Below are positions 60,554-64,000 of a stretch of DNA of 64,000 bases, in pieces. Within the stretch, counting starts at the first letter, position 1. Each line of letters starts with the position of its first letter. The notes under the pieces are model-generated. The model was not told the DNA's origin and did not search any database. It saw nothing but the letters and a program-made list of their open reading frames with translations. A program made the position numbers and the translations under genes. Origin of the DNA: Macrostomum lignano (lineage: Eukaryota); the NCBI GenBank assembly GCA_002269645.1, contig NIVC01000381.1, positions 62,001-126,000 on the forward strand, in the 5' to 3' direction.

Positions 60554-63500
60554 CTTGACTTACTTGACTTAGCTGCAGGGGGCTCCGTGCGTCCGGAAAC
60601 AGCGAGGAGGCGTTGCCGCCCATTTTGCTAACCCCTGGCGACCACGGGCAGCTAGTGCTGCGGTGTCGCGCAGGGAGTTCCGGTGGCGCCGGCGTCCGCA
60701 GCGCGGTCCCCCTCCGGAGAGTCCAGGAGGTGGATTGTTGCTCGCCCGGTAGCCCTTAGGTAGCGGACGAGCTGGCAGAGATTCTCGGGCCTAAAAACGT
60801 CGGAGAGGTCCGGGTTTGGGCTGAGGTAGGTGAGCCTGTCCTGAGTAAAGGCGGGGCATTCACAGATGAAGTGCTCCGCATTCTCGACACCGGAGAGGCA
60901 GAAAGGGCATTCCTCACTGCGGATTTTCTCCTGGAGGTAACGATGCCTGGCAAAGCAGCCATGACCTGAGAGGGGCATGGTAACCGCCCTGATGTCCCTG
61001 CGGTTGAGTCCAAGCAGGGCCCTGCGAAGGGCGGGGGAGGGACAGGGGACAGCCGCGCGGGATTGCCGGCAGTCGGGGGCGTTAGCCCACCTCTCCCTGT
61101 GCTTAGAAGCCACCCACTGGTTGATCCGAGTGGTGACAACAGCGATGGGGGTGGGGGCCACGGGCAGGGGATCAGTAAAAGAACCGGTCGAGCCAACCTT
61201 AGCCAGGCGATCGGCCAGCTCGTTGCCGGGGTGGCCCGAATGCCCGGGGATCCACCTTAGGGACACCTTGTTGGAGGCGCCTAAGCGGTTGAGCTGCCTG
61301 ATGCAGTCGAGGACTGTACGCGAGCAGGTGGTGGTGCGCTCAAGGGCGTGAATCGCCGCTTGACTGTCCGAGTGGAGGGTAATTTCCTTCCCCCAGACGC
61401 GCTGATTGTACAGCTCCATGGCGCAGGAGCTGATGGCGAGAACTTCGTTCTGGAAGACGGTGGAGCAGGTGCCGGTGTGTTGGGAGAAGGTCGCCACAGT
61501 TCTCCCTCCAGACACGATGCAGTAGCCGTATCCAGAGGCGGAGTTGATTTGGGACCCGTCAGTGAAGCAGTGGATTTCATGGGGTTTCCAGTTGTCTCTC
61601 GCTTCATGGCGTGGTGGAATGCTGGTTTTGTATTTGAGCGGGGGCAGAGCGTGGACGGGATTCCGTCCGAGAGGGTCAGCAGGCCTCTCGCTGCTTCCAG
61701 GTCTCGCAGGCTGAGGTCGCCGTGCGGCCGGAGGTTCCGCTTTCTGAAGACAAACTGCTTCTGGATTTGGACACCCGCGTCAAGCAGACGACGGGTGGTT
61801 TTCATAGCCTCCCCTCTAACAAAGAGGTCGAGGGGGGAATGTCCAAGAAGGAGTTCATGCCAGCGAAGGGCGTTGAGGGAGCCGCGCTCATGATAGCTCG
61901 ACAAGCGCGGCCTTGCACCCTATTTAAAACCTCAAGAACCCCTTTCACCTCTAGGGCACTGTTCCAAATGAAGCCGGCGAAGGAGATGGCCGGTCTAACA
62001 ATGGCAGTGTAAATCCACCAGAGGCGGCGGGGGGTGAGGCCCCAAGTAGCACCGAAAGCTCTGCGGATCTGCGCGAGAGTCGCGAGAGCTTTGCAGGCTT
62101 TGGTTTGGATGTGCGGGGTCCAGCTCAACCTGTGGTCGAGGGTGACGCCCAGACATCTAGTTTGTTTCTCCATGGCAACAGGTTTGCCGTAGAGGGAGAG
62201 CGGTTTGATCCTCCAGTTTCGGCGGCTGGTGAACATGATAGCCACGGTTTTAGACTCAGAGAACCTGAGACTGCAGCTATGTGCCCAGCGCTCGGCACGG
62301 TGGATGAAGGCTTGAAGGAGGTCCCTGAGGACCGCGGGCGATGGTCCAGCCACAGTGGCGGTAACATCGTCCGCATAGCCGACCTTCTGAACAGGGTCCG
62401 GATGCGGGCTGCAAAGCAGCTTGTCCATGACTAAGTTCCAGAGGATCGGGCTGAGGACTCCACCTTGCGGTCCGCCTTTCTGGACTTCCACGGAGCGTGA
62501 GTGTCCCAGGAGGTGCGAGGTGGCAGTACGATGGGAGACCATGTACATGATCCAGCGGGTGAGGTGCTCGTGCGTGCCCCGGGATTCCAGGGCTCGCTTA
62601 AAGGCTTCAAAGAGCACATTGATAAAAGCACCATCAATGTCGAGGAAAAGCGATAGCGTGTATCCACTGCCAAGCACGGCGCGCTCCAGCTTGTCGACAA
62701 TGGCGTGCAGCGCACTTTCGATGGAACGTCCAGGACGAAAGGCGTGCTGATTAGGGGAGAGCGGGGAGTTCCTCAGCTCAACGAGGAGAAGGCGCCAGAG
62801 CACCAGCCATTCCATCAGTTTGAGGAAGAAGGACGTCAGACTGATAGGGCGGTAAGCTTTGGCGGAGTGATAGTCTCCCTTTCCTGGCTTGGGTATGAAG
62901 ACTACCGTAGCCTCTTGCCAGGCTTTTGGCACATACCCGAGGGTAATGCTGGCCTTGAAGAGGTTGCCTTCTTAGGGCGGGTGCCTTCTATCTCCGCGCA
63001 GTATTGGCGCCATTTGTCGGACTTGGCTTTCCTGGTTTCACGCTTAAAGTCGCGGATCGCTTCTTGATAGGCGGCCAGGTCAGCTGGGTCCTTGCTCTTG
63101 CGAGCTTTCCGTTGGAGGCACTTTGCCTTGCGCCGGAGGGATCCGAGCACCGGGTGCCACCAGGGGGCGGATTTTTTGCCTTTGTAGGCTTTAAGAGGAC
63201 AGGAAGCCTCATGGGCTGTCAGGACGGTCTTGCTGAGCAAGTCTGCAAGGTCATCCACTTCCTGACAGGTGGTTGGAGCGACGGTAGTCAGCTGATCTGT
63301 CTGGAATTTCAGGGTTTCCGTGAAAGCCGTCCAATCAGTGTTCCGGACGTTCCTTTTCCACAGAATGTGAGGCTTGGGGCAAGAGGATTGCAAACGAAAA
63401 CGAACGAAGCGATGGTCAGACAGAGACTCCTCTTCGTCCCACACCTCCCAGTCTTTGACTAAAGGAGCCAAGCCATGGGAGACGAGGGAAACGTCGAGGG

Positions 63501-64000
63501 CCTCCGTCCATCGCCCGTTGTCAAAGGTGGGGGTTCCACCAATGTTGCAAAACTCAGTGTTGGTGGTGCAGATGTAAGCAAGGAGTTCCTCGCCTCTGCT
63601 GTTGGAAGTATTACTGCCCCAGTGGGTGTGGTGAGCGTTGATGTCGCCCGCCACCAGCAGCTCGAACCTACGGTTAGAGCAGTAGTCCACGAGGGAGGTG
63701 AGGTTGGGTGGAACCGCGGGGCCATCGCCAGGGATATAGATCGAGGCGACGATGACCGTGCGGTTGGTGATAATGTGGTTGGACTGAATGACACAGAGGT
63801 CTCTGTCAGAGAGGTCCGGTCTGTGCCAAGCTTTGAGGTGGGTAGATACGAAAATGGCTGCTCTGGGGTTTTGGGGGTCTTGAAAACAGTCAAAACCAGC
63901 AGGAATATTCGGAATCTTACCTTTCTTTGTCCAGGGCTCCTGGAGTAGGATGATGCCCGGTTTCGCAAAGTTTGCCACCTGCATCAGGTTGGTCGAGGCC
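60554..64000 (-). mobile_element. Non-LTR retrotransposon ORF2 (APE endonuclease - RT - RNase H - CCHC), R1/LOA-like; 5' part lies outside the window
   Basis: APE: LLQEPW, GDINAHH, SDHRFV. RT: AYRPISL, QHAFRPGRS, FLDIDGAF, GPQGGVLSPILWN, YADD. RNase H: [36 protein letters not shown]...EHFICEC. Stop at 60652; 3' tail (TAAGTCAAG)x2 at 60554-60571. Confidence 0.93.

Noticed and set aside
60756-63968. Numerous overlapping ORFs on both strands of the retroelement and of the GC-rich exons
   Set aside because: Shadow frames of GC-rich coding DNA with no independent motifs.

Overview
Eukaryotic, intron-containing, repeat-rich animal DNA. There is no rRNA, tRNA or CRISPR signal. GC-rich exons, a minisatellite in nearly every intron and the style of the RTE relic suggest a flatworm such as Macrostomum, which is inference only. 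Left part (1-24 kb): a two-exon Dpy-30-motif/ankyrin gene, an RTE retrotransposon relic and three intronless minus-strand copies of a divergent, WW-less PCIF1/CAPAM-like N6-adenine methyltransferase. One copy is intact, one is C-terminally clipped and one is pseudogenised at the catalytic motif. They sit among MITE/foldback elements and 14-bp arrays, followed by a CpG-free hAT relic and a mariner relic. Middle (24-53.5 kb): three closely spaced plus-strand genes, TYW1, a class I PI3K p110 and LRRC49. TYW1 carries a 7.3-kb 33-bp satellite in its last intron. Right end: simple-repeat arrays and an APE-RT-RNase H non-LTR retrotransposon whose 3' end abuts a TTAGGG-containing minisatellite. Several -1 frameshifts fall in C/G runs and are probably sequencing errors. 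The best candidate for an undescribed system is the PCIF1-like methyltransferase cluster.
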